Positions 63,776 to 64,000 of a stretch of 64,000 nucleotides of DNA are shown here, piece after piece (the first letter of the stretch is position 1; every line of letters starts with the position of its first letter). The DNA lies in IMG/VR virus record IMGVR_UViG_3300038443_002312, positions 32,001 through 96,000 of that record; one strand, written 5' to 3'. A program made the position numbers and the translations under genes. The notes under the pieces are model-generated. The model had not been told where the DNA came from and searched no databases. It was given only the letters and a program-made list of their open reading frames with translations. This stretch comes from a virus.

Positions 63776-64000
63776 CCGGTCCTGCCAATTTTTTGTCAGG
63801 CCGGTTTGTCGCGGCCGGCCGGTTTGCGGACGGCCGGCCGCGGCGAGAGAAGACAAAGCACGGCGCGTGCCGTTCGGCCGAATCTTGCCAATAAATTGTC
63901 GGACCGGCCGGTTTCGCGTTATACGCTCGTCTGGCGGCCGACCGGCCGCGGCCGCAGCTGACCACGGTCCGCGGCCGACCGGACGCCACGCGTGCGTTAA

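Larger units (their letters stand above)
1..64000 (-). mobile_element. Segment of a large tailed phage/prophage genome (early, replication, DNA-modification and packaging genes); probable Planctomycetota (Gemmataceae-like) host
   Basis: Dense co-oriented small ORFs with overlapping stop/start codons; terminase, primase, helicase, Sak, RusA-like, MTases; no housekeeping genes; TIGR02996-like domains. Confidence 0.9.
56398..64000. other. CCC/GGG-depleted domain (putative early/first-entering region)
   Basis: Manual scan found only 4 CCC/GGG runs (56426, 59154, 59163, 61592), all GGGCCG/CGGCCC. Confidence 0.9.

Noticed and set aside
56398-64000. Homopolymer-collapse sequencing artefact as cause of missing CCC/GGG
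   Set aside because: Reading frames such as DUF932 are intact, A/T runs of 5-6 persist, and four G/C triplets remain; still worth confirming with reads.

Overview
High-GC, almost entirely minus-strand-coded 64 kb segment of a large tailed phage or prophage. The host is probably a Gemmataceae-type planctomycete, inferred from several TIGR02996-like and 'LPVLADLLEEAG' host-type domains. Recognisable genes: terminase large subunit, a TerS-like gene, Toprim primase, SF2 helicase, Rad52/Sak annealase, RusA-like resolvase, DEDDh exonuclease, sigma-70-type factor, LexA-like and Xre HTH regulators, two ParB-domain proteins, a PAPS-reductase-like protein, three DNA methyltransferases, a Mom-like GNAT, NUDIX, J-domain and DUF932 proteins, plus about 80 small hypotheticals. 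No portal, capsid, tail or integrase gene was recognised. The most striking signal is that the rightmost ~7.6 kb (56,398-64,000) is almost free of the trinucleotide CCC/GGG, which is very common everywhere else. This stretch is a putative early operon with a near-consensus sigma-70 promoter, a structured leader and ~16 small cassette-like genes. The only four exceptions all read GGGCCG, the boundary falls inside a gene, and the avoidance extends to protein sequence. A 14-bp GCCA(A/G)-N4-TTGGC operator-like palindrome also recurs about every 2-3.5 kb, mostly at gene junctions. All family calls are from manual motif recognition, not database searches; refined start codons and all counts were read by eye.
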